This document shows, in pieces, positions 24,226 to 38,800 of a stretch of 64,000 nt of DNA (positions are counted from its first letter, which is position 1; the number at the start of each line of letters is the position of its first letter). The notes below the pieces were generated by a model that was given only the letters and a program-made list of their open reading frames with translations, searched no databases and was not told the DNA's origin. The stretch is from NCBI GenBank assembly GCA_036172245.1, contig JAYWIR010000042.1, positions 1,488,001 through 1,552,000 on the forward strand, read 5' to 3'. The stretch is from Raillietiella orientalis. Its lineage: Eukaryota. The translations under genes were made by a program, and so were the position numbers.

Positions 24226-25200
24226 GGCGCCAGCGCTAGTGGCCGCGTGGTTGCGGTCTTCGCGCGTGGTGTCAAGCTTCGCGGGTTCAAACCCCACCGG
24301 GAGAAGGATCGACGCCGACAAATGGGGAATGCTTCGTGGATTTCGATTCAGCCCCTGCAGGACGACTCTGGTTGGCCTGGAGGCTCTAGGTGCGGCACTG
24401 CTGGAGACTAGATGCCTCCATTGACTGGCCGGGATTTGGAAGTTGACCCTCCGGGGTCCTTCCAGGGATCAAGGAGCTCTACGTAGTTCCCCCCTCCGGT
24501 TGTGAAAATGGAACCGTCCTCCCTCTGGGGGGAGGACCCTCCATCCAGTGGCATGGAGCTGGCTGATGCCCCCCTAGGAGCTTGTCTCTCCAGAGTGTTA
24601 AGAAGAAGCACTCTGCCCCCCCCCCCCCTCCATGGGGAGCGCCCTTCAGAGAAAACAGGAAGCGTCCCTTCGGGGTGGTTCTCTTCACAGGCGTAAATAA
24701 GGAGCGGTTTCCCTCTGGAGATGAAATTCCAGGAGCTGATCCTTTCAGGATTCCCTTCGAAGAAGAAAAAAATCGAGCGGACCCCTTCGCTGGTCCCTCC
24801 GGAGAGAATAAGGAAGGAGATTCCCTTTGGAGTTCCCTTCGGAGACAACCAGGGTTTGGAGGTTCCCTTCGGGGGTTCCCTCTCCAGGCATAAGAGGCGG
24901 TCCCCTCCCGGGTACCCCCCTATCATGAAAAATTACACGTATCCTCGGGTGGCGTGGAGCAGTCTCAAAGAGCTATGTGGGTCTCCAGGCGCGCGACGGT
25001 TCTTAAGGTAATCAGCGAACCAAAAAAAAAAAAGCTGAAAGGAATAACAGCAAAGCCAGAAAAGAACCCACAGGGATTTTCATCCTCCCTCCGGAAGGGT
25101 CATTCCGGGGAGAACCAGGTGGTGGTTCCATTCGGGGTTCTCTACCAAGAGTGAGAGGAACGTGCTCCCTCCTCTGGAGCCCTTCCTGGGTTCACAAGGT
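24226..25200 (+). mobile_element. Composite tRNA-headed SINE-like element, copy C, plus a partial repeat of the body
   Basis: A-box-like TAGTGGCCGCGTGGTT and B-box GGTTCAAACC. Body 24660-24860 is near-colinear with 3830-4030. Tail CGACGGTTCTTAAGGTAATCAGC is followed by an A-run; a body fragment is repeated at ~25100-25200. Confidence 0.75.
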
Positions 25201-28200
25201 AACTCCAATCACTGGTGTGACCCTTCGCATGGACAAGGACTGAATGACCGTGAGATGATCCAGACAGAGCCAAGGATTCATTTATTTTTGACCAATGGAT
25301 GGCACGCCTTCCTTGCATCCCATGGACCCACGAGGAAGGAAAAATTGGGTGAGCAGCTTGGCACGAGTAACAGGATGCCACCAGGCGCCTAGATAGAAAG
25401 TTGGTGAGTGAAAGCGGGCTGCCTGCTCCCGCGTCTTCGCCCACGTGCTTTCACGCTAGGAAGGTTCTCTCGACTGCCACGAGTGGATGCTGAATCCATT
25501 CTTTCTAAGCCCCCGGGGCTCGTTTTCAGAGGTGTGATATCACTTTCATCGGCCCGGTGCAGAGCACTTTCTGCTTTGGAACCGCTGACTTCAACGCATG
25601 AAGCGCGTGATTAAACCTTTTACCAAAAAAGGGGGACGCTCGAACTGAGGTTGCACTCGGGAGGTACAGAAAATCCCTCCCGTTTTCCCCGCTTTCCCAC
25701 TTTTCATGTACACGAAACACCAGCAAATACGAAAAAAAAACACCCACGCGATGCGTGTCTAATCGATCCGTCTAATTGCAGGGGAATCTTCGGAAATGAA
25801 GGTTGCCACGCCGCGTCCCAAGTAGCCATCAGATAATGGGTGGGCGGGAAGGATATTTCATTACGAAGTATCTCTTCTTTCACAAGAAAGACGTGCTCTT
25901 GAAGCACGGCAGGCAGGGAAGCTGCAATCGGCTTCCTTAGCACACAGCGTCCGGCGCTGGCCTTCTTTCAAGCCTGGTGCATTCCAGTTTATCGGCTTGA
26001 CACAGATAAATAGGGTGGACGATATTCTAATTTGCAGTTTTCTAACTCTTGCTAGGAACAAGCACGGACTTCCGGAACTGCTGTTCTCCCAACAGGACGC
26101 ACGAGAATCATCGAGAAAGTGGACTCGAGTGTTACCGCCTTTCGAACACGAAAATTTCCTTGTTTGCGCGGCAGAGATGCGCTGAGAAAGCAGGTCTGGA
26201 CCGTTTCGGTACGATCAGCCCATGGCTGCTGCGATTGCTGCGCCATGCTTAGAGATAACAGAAGTGAATTTTGGAACAGCAGTCGTGCAGCACTCGCCAC
26301 ACTGTCACGGACTCTTTGCTGCTCCTGAATCTCCTTGTGGAAGGATGGTGCTGCTCCGCGTTTCCAGAGGAACACGCTCAAAGGGCGGTCCCGGGAGCCT
26401 GAGAAGGTTGGATCGGAGACGCTCCCTTCACTCGGAAGAAAATCGCCCCTGCATGACATTCGCCAAGGAAAAAAAACACAAGGTGCTGACCCAAAATACG
26501 ATGGATCGCCTTGATGACGAAACTCCAGGGAGCACGCATAGAACTTTAGGATTTTTCTGTCTTCGATCTTCTTCAGCTTCAACCTCATTCGGAAAACACA
26601 ATCCGACGCCATCTGCGAGAGCATGGGGATCCTTGTCAACAGCATCAGAGGGAATGGCACGAGCCTACTGAGGCCCTCCCATAACGAGCTCATAAGAAAA
26701 AAGTTTCTGTATCCTCTTGGGCTTTGTTCTCTGAAGGATTGAAATGTTTCTCCCGAGAGATGGCAAGCAAAGGCAGCCGAGCATGCAACCCTTCTGAGGA
26801 ACGAGACAACTCGAATTTCACTACGATCCTTGCTTTCGCTCCTCTACTGTCCGTGTCTGGAGTCAGTTCACTGCATCTCCAACAGAGGAAGATGAAGCAA
26901 TGGTAAGTACTGTTTTCTCTCGAGATCCGCTGAAGACCACGCTCCCTTCAGTGACTCAAGGAAGATCGATTGCGCATCTACAGATCTATGGCATAATAGA
27001 TGTACCGGCTGCATTTCCGATGGCCAGCATCGAAAAACTCCAAGGGCAGGGCAAGATAAAGGAGGTGTCGGCAGCTGGGGAAGGAAAAATATCTGATCTC
27101 CTCTGCGTTCCATCTGCGGGACCCGGCACCTCTTTTACGCTTCTAGTGGATCGAAATAAGCATCTCAGTTTCCATCTTCACGAATCCTTCCGAGTGTTCC
27201 TGCTGCCGTCGTCCCCTAATGCACAAGAGTCATCATCCAACTCTTCGAGGCGATTCATGCCGTGGTGGCCGGAATCGAAAAGTTCAGGAGGGTGGGGTTC
27301 CCGCAGATCGGGGATGCAGTTCCGAATGCTTGGGAACAGATCGACACCTCAGCCTAGACGAGTCTCCCGAAGGGAAGATTTATCCAGTGCCGCGTTCCTG
27401 AGATTCCGAAACGGAGAAATCCGTTGCTAGCATGAGCCCAAAATCGAAAGGAGCAATCGGATGTAGGTAGCTGAGGTCGAGAACGAAGTCCTCGCCGAGC
27501 TGACGCGCGCATCGGAGACGAGGAAGAGCAGAATCGGGTGCCGAGAAGACTGCGTTTCGAGAGTGAACCTTGAGTTGTCGGGTCCTGCCTCGGGTCCAGC
27601 TGGAACCAGCACGGCAAAAAATTCCAAACTTTCAGAAGGCTGAGAAATTTCGGCCTTCTTGCTGAAGCTCTTCCTCCGTTCGGGAAAATGCTGGCTCGTT
27701 GCGCTACGGAACCCATGGCATCAAAGCCGCTCGTGCCCCTGGGGATGCGGAGCCAAGCCCGACGCCAGGACTCCGTATCAGGTTGACTCGACTTTTGCGT
27801 CAGCCGGAGAGATGGCTGTTGCAATTCCTTGAGGAAGCACCCTGAGCCACATTTTTCCACAGCGGAATCCCTCACGCAGCCCGTGGGAAGGGGAAGACGG
27901 ACGATGCCTTTCCATCCGCTCCAAGATCTCGACAGAGAAAGGCGACGTGCTGAGGTGGTTTCTTTGGCTTCTTTGGGTGTCGTCCTACCGGGATGTTTGG
28001 CAAGCCGAAAACTTGCAAATTCTCCTTCAGATCAAAAGCGTGTCTGCGAGATTTACGAAAGTAGCTATAAATAGAAAAAAAACAAAAACACGCTTGCTGC
28101 AGACGAGGCGGAGCTTGATAGAAAAACTGCGTTTCGGAAGAGAAAGAGAGAGGGGGGGGGGGAAGGCCCACAGGGGCCACGGATCGCTGCTTACAAGGGC

Positions 28201-31200
28201 GTGTTCCCTTGTTTTCCGGGAAGCAAAGTTGTAGGGATCCCACAGAACGTTGTCTCAGAAGCGCCTACAGCCTTTGTGCCGTTTCGGTCCAGTGCGCCGG
28301 ATAACTTGAACGCTTCGGTGATGAACTGGGGAAGAAGAGGGGGCAAGGGAGCACGTACCCTCCCGTGTGTGCTTAAAGGAGGCACGAAACCGCCACCGCC
28401 GTATGCTCACAGCTGGAGATCTCGCGATTCCCGCTTCCGTTTCCGGGACAGCCGGTACAAACAGCCAGGCAGCGACTTCCGCAACGCGGATAAAAACTGC
28501 AATCCTCCTGGGACAACCCACGGGGAAAAGCGCGAAGCGGTCCGACTTCGGATTCCGATCCGACCGTATTGAAGGGGAAACGCATCTCACGTACCTCTAG
28601 AGTCATCCGGGTGACGGCTGCTCGTGTTGCTACCCTTTTTCACAGGGGGAGGGGGGAGGGGGAAAAAAAAATTGTGCACGAAATGCTTCTCCAAGGCAAG
28701 GCACTGGTGAATTCATGTGATTTCCTTCCTGGACAGCGAAGTCGTTTATAGCAGCAGCAGGGAAAGAACCTTGGAGATCTTCAACCAATGGACTCTCGGC
28801 TGCTATATTCCGGTAATTTCGGTCCTTCCACGGTTTTCGTTCTCGTTTTCTTTTTCGGGAATGCTAGTCAACCGTAACGCGAAGCGCAATCTGGCTGTGT
28901 CGTATTTAATAAGCGTCCATTATCAGACGGATGAGTTGCGAAACTCAGCCTCTTCGGTCCACGGAAGGGAACAGAAAAAAACGAAAATTAATCATGCCCT
29001 GTTAATTGCGAATGAAAGCTCTCTCCTCCAGGTGTGGCGATGGGCGAAGAAGTCGTGGCGCCTCCGTGGAAAGCGAAAGCGCCGGAGCGCTCGTTGTTGG
29101 AACCTTCCTCGTTCCCTTTCCTCCTTCGCTAGCAAGCGAGAGAAGGGAGACGAAGAACCCGACGATGATGCCACGACTTCGGACCTCGAGGTGTCTTCGC
29201 AAGAGAGGAGCGTTCCTCCAGAGGAGGGGATCTCACATCTTTGTGATGGGATGGAGATGCTGCAGGGAGCAGGAGCGGATGTGGGATTTCCGTCCACCGA
29301 CACCACCCCCGACACATTCTTCTCCTTTGGGAAGACACTGTTAGTGAAACGAGGAGCTAGAAACCCCGGGTTGGCACCTGGGAGGACGAGAAGAAAGAGA
29401 AAGGGACACGGGAGAGGAGGCGAGAAAAGGAAGCACGTCCTTTCCTATCCAGACGAACTCCTCAATGAGACTCTCCGGAGTCTCCCCCAAGAGACATTGG
29501 GATCGGTGCTGCGGAAATCAACTTGACCCACACTTCTAAATACTCCCACCTCTTCTTTCATCCCCTCACTCGTCCCAGATCGCTTTTTTTTTTTTTTTTT
29601 TTTCTCACAGGGAATTGCTTCTTTTCACCTCGCGTCTACGCGAGGGAAGTTGGTCTGGGGAAGCATTCGCAGATGTCGAAAAGAGAACATCCTCTGTACC
29701 AAAAGGAGATCCGAAAACCGGTCCTATCGCTCAGGCTGCATCGGAACGGATCCTAGAAAGTTGCACATCGTTGCGGGAAAGCTGCCTTCTTTAATTCCAG
29801 GCAGGAAAATTCCAGAAGAAGGAATTAGCTAGAGGTCATACTTCGGCGTCTTCCGATGCAGGCAGAGGAAAAACAAACGATTCGATGATGACTGATGTCT
29901 GTCAGAAAGCGAGGCGGGTGAAGGGGTAGAGAGAGGGTGCAAGGAACGCGCTCCCCGCCAGTGCCACGATGCAGGGGCCACTGGGAACGCTGGTCGCCTC
30001 AGTTGCCTTTCGTTCATCCTCGAAGTCCGATTTGCGGAGTCACAGTCTTCGTCAACTCAGCTGCCGTGAGGACCGATTGGTTTTCGTCCTTTGCTTCTTC
30101 CTCGCAGCGACGGAGCTAGACAAAGGCGAACTCATTCGTGCGCAAGCAGACATTCCTTTTTGTCTCCGCAGGTTCTTCCTTTCCTCTTTGTTCGGGCTGG
30201 AAACCTTTGAATCCTTTTTCTTCTGGTGATCGCGAGAGATACATCTCTTGAGGAAAAAAGAAAAAAGTTTCGTCCAAGTACCATGCCTTGATCACATGAT
30301 AGATGAAACACAGAAGGTATGAGCATGCTGAGAGCTTACTGCTCCTCATGACTAAATCATGCGACACGGTGGAAGCTCATCAAACGAAAGTTGGAGATTC
30401 CGGGAGCCATCAAACTGCTTTTTTTACTAAAAGAGTGAGAAGTACTCCAAGAAGACAGCAAACAGAATGAGCTCAGCACTGAACGCTCTTGGCGTTTTGA
30501 GGAGATTCCGGAACGCTGAGTCACTTTGCCCCACTCCTGCTTCTTCCCCCCTCCCCCTGCAAACACATTTGATCGAGAAAAAGGCCGAACACTGACCTTG
30601 GTCAGTATTTGGAAGGACAGCTTGGCATCCAATGATGCTTTGACTTCGTCTCCTCTTCTGCCTGCTTGATTGGTCAGCTGCTACCGCTGAACGCAGGGTG
30701 CCTAGATGATACGATGAGGCTTCCTGCCTAGATCTCCGCGAACGGCGGATGGAGTGGATAGCCGTTTCTGCACGACTGTCCACCATCCGGGCCTCGGTCT
30801 TAGATCTAACGTTTTCCTCTTCCAACAGGCAGAAATTGTGTCACATGTATCTGGTGATTAGAAAATGGTTGTCGACGTTCCTTTTCATGATTGGAGGGTA
30901 CCACTAGGTGACTCTTCGCAGAAGGGAATTAATTCCCCCAGGAACTGATGAAGAGAGAAAGCAGACGGAGAGAGAATCTTTAAACTTTCGGGATGAGTTC
31001 TACTCTCCACGTCAAGATTGAAAGATCTTCGAGGCCCAAAGAGAAAGAAAGGAAGCTGAATCTCCTGAGTCTCCTTGCCCTCGTCCGAACAGGGCAAGTT
31101 GTCACGTCGCATTGTTCTCCGGAAGGATCCATGACCTTGGTTCGAATCCGTTTCTTCCCATCATTCTTACCGGGGCACCCGAAAAGGAGAAGGGAGGGAT

Positions 31201-34200
31201 CGGTGTAAGGAAAGTAGAGGGAGGAAGGAGTCTTGGATCTTCGCGAAGTTCACGGATGAGAGCTGCCTTGTCCAGGAGCAACGGCGGGAGGCGAGTCCTT
31301 CTACAGGTGAAATTTTGTCAAGGATAATCTACGTCCACCAAGATCTTTGGTCTTTGAAAGGCCCTTTACAGTCCCGTGCCGCTGTCAGGGGAGCGAACAC
31401 GCTTGGGATGTAGGATGGAGACCTTTGACCCAACACGTCCCCAGAGCGATAAAGCAACTCTAATGGGCTGCATTCTTGTTGCTGATCGCCCATCCTCTTC
31501 GTGAAGGATGCATAAAATAACACGAGATGCATGAGAAGGGAAGGTCGAGGTTGCCGATACTCATCTGTCCAGGGGTCGTCCGTTTCTCGAATAAAGGATT
31601 GCGTTTCGATGCCAAAGCCTTGTAGATAAAAAAGAAAAAAATGCTGAGCCAGAAATACTTGATCAGGCTACCGTCCATTTCCCTCTTCTGGCAAGGTCAC
31701 GCACTCTTTTCCGCTTCCCATGGTCCCGAGCAGGCCTCAAAAAACGCGACTCATCCTAAAGATAATCTCAGGTGTGCGGGGGAGAAGGAGACACCTACGA
31801 TCGGACAGCTTTCGGAGGCCCTGCTGTACCGAAGTGTGGCAGGTCTTGAGATCAGAATGAATAGCTGTCCCGCCGAAGCAGCAGCTGTCTTTTGAAGTCG
31901 TCTGCATGAACTCATTCCTGTGACCAAAAGAGAATGTTACCGAGAAGAAGAATGCGTTGGGGAATTCGGTTCTTGTATACGAGAAACGAGTGCTTTATCT
32001 TCCACCCACACGCGCACACGCACACGCATAGAGAATTGTATACACGTGCATATGAGTTCATAATGCATACCTTGGCCCTTTCCAAAGCTTTAAGGCGTTA
32101 CCAGGTACACAGGAAGGCTATTCCTGGAAATACCGTTCATGCATTTATTGCGGAGCAAGTGCCTCTCTGCAATGCAAGCGGTCCTGCACTCATTTTAATC
32201 AAGGTTCCCACGATCTGGAGTAGCTTTCGTATCCTTCCGTACTGCAATTCAGTGCAGTGCACAAGGATACGAAAAAGTGAATGCGGGATCTTTTCCCACA
32301 CCTCGAGGCACACCTGCGTGGGTGGTGCTGCTCGCCCTCCCTCGACGCCAACCTCAGGACCTGCTTATGCAGAAATCCGATCGGATGCTCCAAGCGCCCC
32401 TGGCAGTTGGGAGGTTCGTCCAGTCCGGTTCGTTCGACACGAGAGCATCCGACTCTTGCACTTGCTTGTCCTGAATCTCAGTCCTGAATCTCAGTCAAGC
32501 AGGTGAAGCCTTGTTCGAAGCCTCCCGCATCCGCTTCCCATTTGAAAACGCTGCCGCACCGCTTCATCTTCCCAGGAGCAGAAGCGGAAACCAGATCGGA
32601 GGCAATCCCGATTCTGAAGCAACCGAATGTTCCGGTGCTCGTGGGAACACGGCTCCTCAGACCCTGTGGCTTGTGTTTTGCTTTATGTATCCGCGAATAA
32701 CAGTCAAGTTTTCGTGGGGAGTAGGGGAGAAAACACCGTTGGATCATAGCCCAAGAGCTCTTGCTAATTTCTTTAATTCTTTTCAAGTTCCAACTGCGAA
32801 TGAACCGGAGCGCCTTGCACAGTTCTCAAATTGTGCACGCTCGCCAATAGGGAAAGTCATCGTTGCGTGTACGATTCTTTCCAAGTCGATGGATAGCCGA
32901 AGTTCCCGGTTTTTCAAGGTTGCGAGTCCTTTTTCATTTTCACGAAAACCCGAATCTAGGTCTCGAAGGAAGCGAAACAACGCCATGGCAAACAGAACCA
33001 TAAAGCTGAATGATGATCGCCTGGCCTAGGTTCTTTGTCACTGTACGCCAAGACATGTACGTATGCTTGGGTGAACAAAGACGGGTGTATTGGCTTCCGA
33101 CTCAAACGTGAAAAACGAACCGATTGCAGACATAAAAAGATGCCATTACCATGAAGGATTGTTTCGGGACAATCCGAAATCGGGGCCGGGTGGAGGGAAG
33201 AACTGAACTTTGGGAAGGCATTTTGACGAGCAGCTTCACAATCATCGGAACGAAACAAAGTGGAACCGCCGCAAGTTCTGCCACGAAAGCTTCCTGCTCA
33301 GCCCTTCACTGAAGCATATGGCTTATCAGTGAAGCATATGACAGCGAAGGACTAAGCAGGGAGAGCTCTCCTCTTAAGAGATGTTCGCGATCGGAGCCGG
33401 AACCACGCGTTTTCGTCCAATAAAAATAAACGGTGCTCTTTACGGCTCACCTTTTCAAGAGGATGCAAAAGAATCCAGTGATGGAACGAAACGAGCGGAG
33501 TCGCCATGCAAATGCAAGCACGATCTGTTCGGGGCGTGAATCATAATCAACGTCGATTTAAGTTGATGCAGGTAAAAGCCAACTTCCCACTTTAACACGA
33601 TTGCATCCAAATGGGAACTGTTCTTCAGCCTCATTGGCCTCTATGCATGATGCAGTTGCCGAATGCAAAATGATCGGATGAATGAATCAAGACTGAGCAC
33701 TCCTTGGATTTCCTCCGCCACACGCTCGAGCGTGCACTTTTTTAAAAGCGCCACTGCGTTTCGCTGTTCTAAACCCGAAAGAGGACAACGAAAGCACATG
33801 AGGGATCAGAAAGGAATGTGTAAACCCAGAGGGGGGGGGGGGGGAGGGGATAAAAACGAGGCCACACGATAAGCAGGAACAGCTTCATAATTTGAAGTTT
33901 TCGTCAGAAGAAGGGAGACTTCTTAAGGATTAGGCATGGCAGAACATCCGTAACCAGTGTCGAGGAGAGAGCCGAAAAGATGCGGAACAAATCGAGGACT
34001 GCAGAAATGCAAAAGGATCCCTAAAACGAACTCCATGGATCGAATCCCACAGGTTGGCAGAATATTTTCCAGGATGGAAACGCAGGGGGACAAAGAGCGA
34101 TGTCCCGACGACGACGAGTACGACGGCTCCCACGTCCCTTTGGGTTTCGCCACGCTCTCCGTGCTGAACAAGGAGTTGAAACAGCATAAACCGGAAATTG

Positions 34201-35868
34201 CGAAACTGGAAAGTATGATAACATTCAGTTCCGAGAGTTTGGGAGGGGTGGGGGACTTGGAAAACGAAAAAAATTTGGACTCGAGATTTCTAGCAGTTGA
34301 AAAGGGAAAACTGGCAAGACTGGGCCAAGATGTTATGAGATCCGATGCCCAAGATGTTACGCTTCTTAGTGCAAGAAGCTGAAACGATTTCCGCACGCAG
34401 TTCTGGCAGGACGTACAAAAAAAAACACACACACACACACACACAGGAAGAAAACAAAAACATTGCAGTCCTGAACTGAAAGTAGGATGCCCGGCAGTAG
34501 CACAAGGAAGAACTTCCGAAACAGTGGTGACAAAAGAGAGATGGAACGAAATCGAGGTGGAAGACGCCAAGGAAACAGTTTCCACAAAGGATCCCATTCC
34601 GCCCACCAGCGGTTCCATCGAGGAATGCCCTTGGACGTAACACGGCGTCATTAGCTTGCTAGCCAAGCCGTTACCGCGGCTTCGAGAACTGAAACGCTGC
34701 CCTCGTTTCACTGGTTCTTGCGGGGAGACAAAAGCTTTCCTGCCCTGAAAAAGCCGACCGATTCCCCGAAAAACTCCACAACCGATCCAAGCAACCCGCC
34801 AGAACACGCGCTCCTGCTGCTATCTAGCACACTTCCGCTTCTGAAACTGAACACCACACACACCCCATTCGAAAGTTCCTGTTTATTTGCTTGCTTGAGT
34901 TTCCTGTGCCGCCACTGCAGGAGAAGGAGAGCCCAAAGATCCACATTGGGCCTCAAGGTTCCGCACCCTGGAAGAAGTTTCTTCTCTGAGGGACAGTTGG
35001 TATAAGGGACTTTTATTGACAAAAATTCGGATAACTAAGGGCAAGTGCAGGTCAAGCACACCTCTTCAGCACATCAGGCGATCCCCGACAGCATGGCAAG
35101 CACTATGAAAGCAACAGACTCGGCATCCTTCGATAGAATCAGTTCTAAAAACCAGTTTCTGAACCCCTGCAATTTTTCACGGGATCCGCGTGCAGATTAC
35201 TCCAGAATTCCACAGGCACAGGTTTCAAGCAGACGAAATTTCCGTCTGCAGCATGAAGAGCGTTCAGCCGCGTTCCAAGGTCATGAGGTCAAGTGTTGGC
35301 AAAACTACGCGTTTGCCGCCAAAACCGTTGATTCCAAATCCCTGGCTCTTGTAGTCGGGGATACATCTAAGCCGCTTGGTGTTCCGTCGAGGAGAAACAG
35401 AAATGGGCGTTATCAAGAAGTAGACCTTGGAGTAGCACAGCGTTTCGCCTCTGATTGGGGGAGGCCAGGACTAAGGCTTCCACGATGGAGACAAGCATCA
35501 TTGGGCGCCCCGCCTCTCGATCTTCTGAGTGCTCGAGTGCATCCATCGGTAGCAATTATAATAGAAAGTGCACCTCCGAAGTGCACGTTCACTCCAGCTC
35601 ATGCATGCACCACTCTCGCTAAGCAGCACCTTCAGCTGCAGGTCTCGTGTGGCATTTGTCCACGTACTTCCGGTGCTCTCAACCAACGTAGCTGTTGGGA
35701 AGGCATCGACTGCAGAATGCTGCAGGAAAACAAAGAAGCCACCAGATGGTTGGAAAGATGTGTGGCTGGTTCAGTGAGTCTTATGTACACAATGCAGGAG
35801 AACTGGCAAACTAGCCTTCCCAGCTCCACAATCTCTTCCCAGGTTTACTGCAAACTCCAACCCGGCGA

Positions 35869-38800
35869 TCAGAAAGCTAGCTTTTCATTAGTAATTTCAC
35901 GCAAAGGTAGGTACTGGGCTGCAAGGTTCGGATTTCTTATGACCTCCATTGGTACCTGAGGATGGATAAAAAAAAAAAGGGGGGGGGGCAACACACGAGC
36001 CTTTTCCAAGATACCTTGACTTCCGTTGCTCAAAGAGAGACTTTTCCGGGTTTCTACAACACACGCATCGCGCGTCCCCCTTGTGAGCAAGGAAAGCGAG
36101 TCCAAGTAAAAAGGTCAAGACGCAGAAATCAAAACAATTCCGCCGGCATGTAGTGGTTTCCATTCATTTTTATTTAACTAATTAATCCAATTTAACTTTG
36201 GGAAAAAGTACGAGAATAAACGAATTTTCACACACACACACACACACACATTGTTTTCTGAATCGACTTCCAGGCACGCTTTGTAGAAAGGCAGGGCTTT
36301 GGAATTCGAGCCTCTGGACATGCACTGGTTCGCCTGCGCAAATGGACGACAACGAAATGATGGCGATGAGAAGCCCTCGTTTTCTCACATCGCTGCCGAA
36401 GTACATAGAAATGAAACGGAAACCGGTCGCTCTCCAGACTCGTTTCCAGACCTCACGCTGCACCTTCTCTTTCTCAGGGGAACGTGTTGCGCAACAGCAC
36501 GCGAACGAAGAGCACGGGAGACGAAGCCTCGTCTCAGCACAGCCTTTCATGAAATGAGGCCCATCACAGCTCAACCAGGGTCTTTGACACAGTATGATTA
36601 TCACGAAACTCCTCCATCACAAAACGAAATTCTTAAACAGATTCCCCTAACAAGGATACGCGCTGAATTTTGGAACACAAGAAGGATCACGATGCCTGGA
36701 AACACGACAGAAACAGGAACCACGTTCACAGAGCACACAGTCCTGCTTTTCCAGAGGAGATTCCGAAGCAACGAAAGGACGAGAACAGGGCTTTTCCTTT
36801 AGCATTCGATGATGGGCATGTTGAAACAGGTGGTGACGAGACGCTCTGCCGCGCCAGTGAAATCGCAAACGTTTGCTCTCTTCAAATTGCGGGAAAAAAA
36901 AAAAAAAAGTCATCAAACACAATGGTAAACTTGTGGGGTATCGGATTGAAATGTAAATTTCAAATTCATATGCAAAATTGTGCATTGATTTATGGGCAGC
37001 GAGACAAAACAAAGTTACGCCAACAAAAAAACACCAACTTTCCGTTCTCAAAGATCAAATTTAAGAAGACTGGTTCGTTGGAACTGCGAAGAACTGCTCT
37101 CTCAAGAGACTCATCGATAATCAAAAACAGCAAATGAAATCAAGAATTCGATCTAATTTTCATCAGAAATACGAGAGCAGAATCAAAATCGGCTGCGCTT
37201 CCACAGAGGAAAGAAAATGGGGAGTAAAACCCAAAAGTTATTCCGAAGGATACGCTACGGCAACAGCAATTCAAATGGAAAAGAAAAAGAGTGCTACCCT
37301 CCCCGAACCACAAAAGATGACTTCTTCGATACCTCCTGATGCGTCTCCCCTTTGACCTATTTACACCACCGTGGACTTATTTATTTTCCCCGGTGACGCT
37401 CAGCTCACACAAGTCGATCGCTCTTACGAATTTTCATCTGCTCAGTTGTAATGGAAGATAAATTCGTTCTAGCGATGCCGCAAGAGACGTTCTGAAATGT
37501 CCACATTCCGAGCAGCCTTTTCTTTCCATTCGGCAACGGACCCATCGGAAGCAACCCGAGATCTTCGCAAACACAGGTTGTCGCCGCTTACTTCGACTTG
37601 CATTCGTACATTGCGATGCGTGAACTCTGAAGATGGTGACCACTCAATACGCAGCAACCTGGTCAAGAAGCATCACGTTCTCGCTCGGTAACTTACGACT
37701 ACCTGCTCTTACGAAAGAAAAAAAAAAAAACGAGCACTCTGGAATGTGTGATGAAAAACGCTCTAAAAATTATGGCAAACGGATTTCAGAAGGAAATCCC
37801 TATGTGTACGAAGAAGAGAAAAAATGTCACCTTACGATTCTGTGATTGCAGCCAACAAAAAAAAAAAAAAAAGGTGCTGATACCGAAGCACACGACACAA
37901 AAACGACGAAGAAGTCTGAGAAGAAGTCGCTAACATTGCCTCCGGCGCTTCATGATACGACCGCGTAGGGAGCCACTCTTTTAGATGAACTCTTTTAGAT
38001 GTCATTATACTGGGAGGATGCTTCGCAATTGCTCATCGTTCCCGCCACAGTCAACACTTTTGCTGACCACCTTTCTCAGATTATACGTCAAACTACCGTG
38101 AATTTTGCTTCGAAGCCATTGGAAACGCACCGCTTTCGAAAATCACCAGAAAATCTGAAGACGGTTTTCACCCCGCGAGAGTGCAAGAAAAATCCTTCGC
38201 AATGCGCCTTTCTGAGAAGACGTTTCGTTTCCAAACGACCCATTTATTCGACATCTATTAACGCTGCTTAACTTTCGATTTTCACGTACGCTTGCTGTCT
38301 TTATCCGCTATGCTTGAATGAAAATTGGAACAAAAATTATGATAATCAAAACAGAAACGGTTTCGAAATGTGCAAAAACCATACTGCTAACGACAACGTC
38401 AGCTTCACACAACATACTTACTTTAAGATCCTCGATCCTACTTTCTCTTGCTGTGTATTCTCTTATTAAGTAGTCCCGATCATCTTCATGATAAAGCCGA
38501 GTATCGTAAATTCTCACTAAAACATCATCCACGCGTAAATAAAATCTTTGCAAGACCAAAAAACAACGAGGCATTACTCTCTGAAAGAACTCTGGATGGT
38601 TTCCACGACTTTTTAACACGTATCATACCACTTTAACAGTGAGGAGTGAAATGCCGTGGTCAGAAAGTTCATCTTCAAACAAATGAACGTCTTCGTAAAA
38701 CAAAATGACGTCATTCATTTTAAGCCGCTCGTAGTTAATAGATTCATCGCATTTCGTGACACTTACTGGTTTGTCTTGACAGTGTAGAGTACCTTTGTAA

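Noticed and set aside
24231..24300. Functional tRNA gene (also at 3430, 8345, 61360)
   Set aside because: No consistent cloverleaf or anticodon arm; copies are divergent and continue into shared non-tRNA sequence.
24995..25015. 28S rDNA R2 target site (TCTTAAGGTA)
   Set aside because: Only ~10 nt match, no flanking rRNA sequence, and not conserved in the other copies.
35045..35959. 304-aa plus-strand ORF
   Set aside because: Antisense to the TIPRL last exon and 3' region, GTG start, no recognisable domain.
37410..38080. Alternative candidates for the TIPRL last exon
   Set aside because: 35955-35869 matches the family C-terminus far better and has a strong acceptor.
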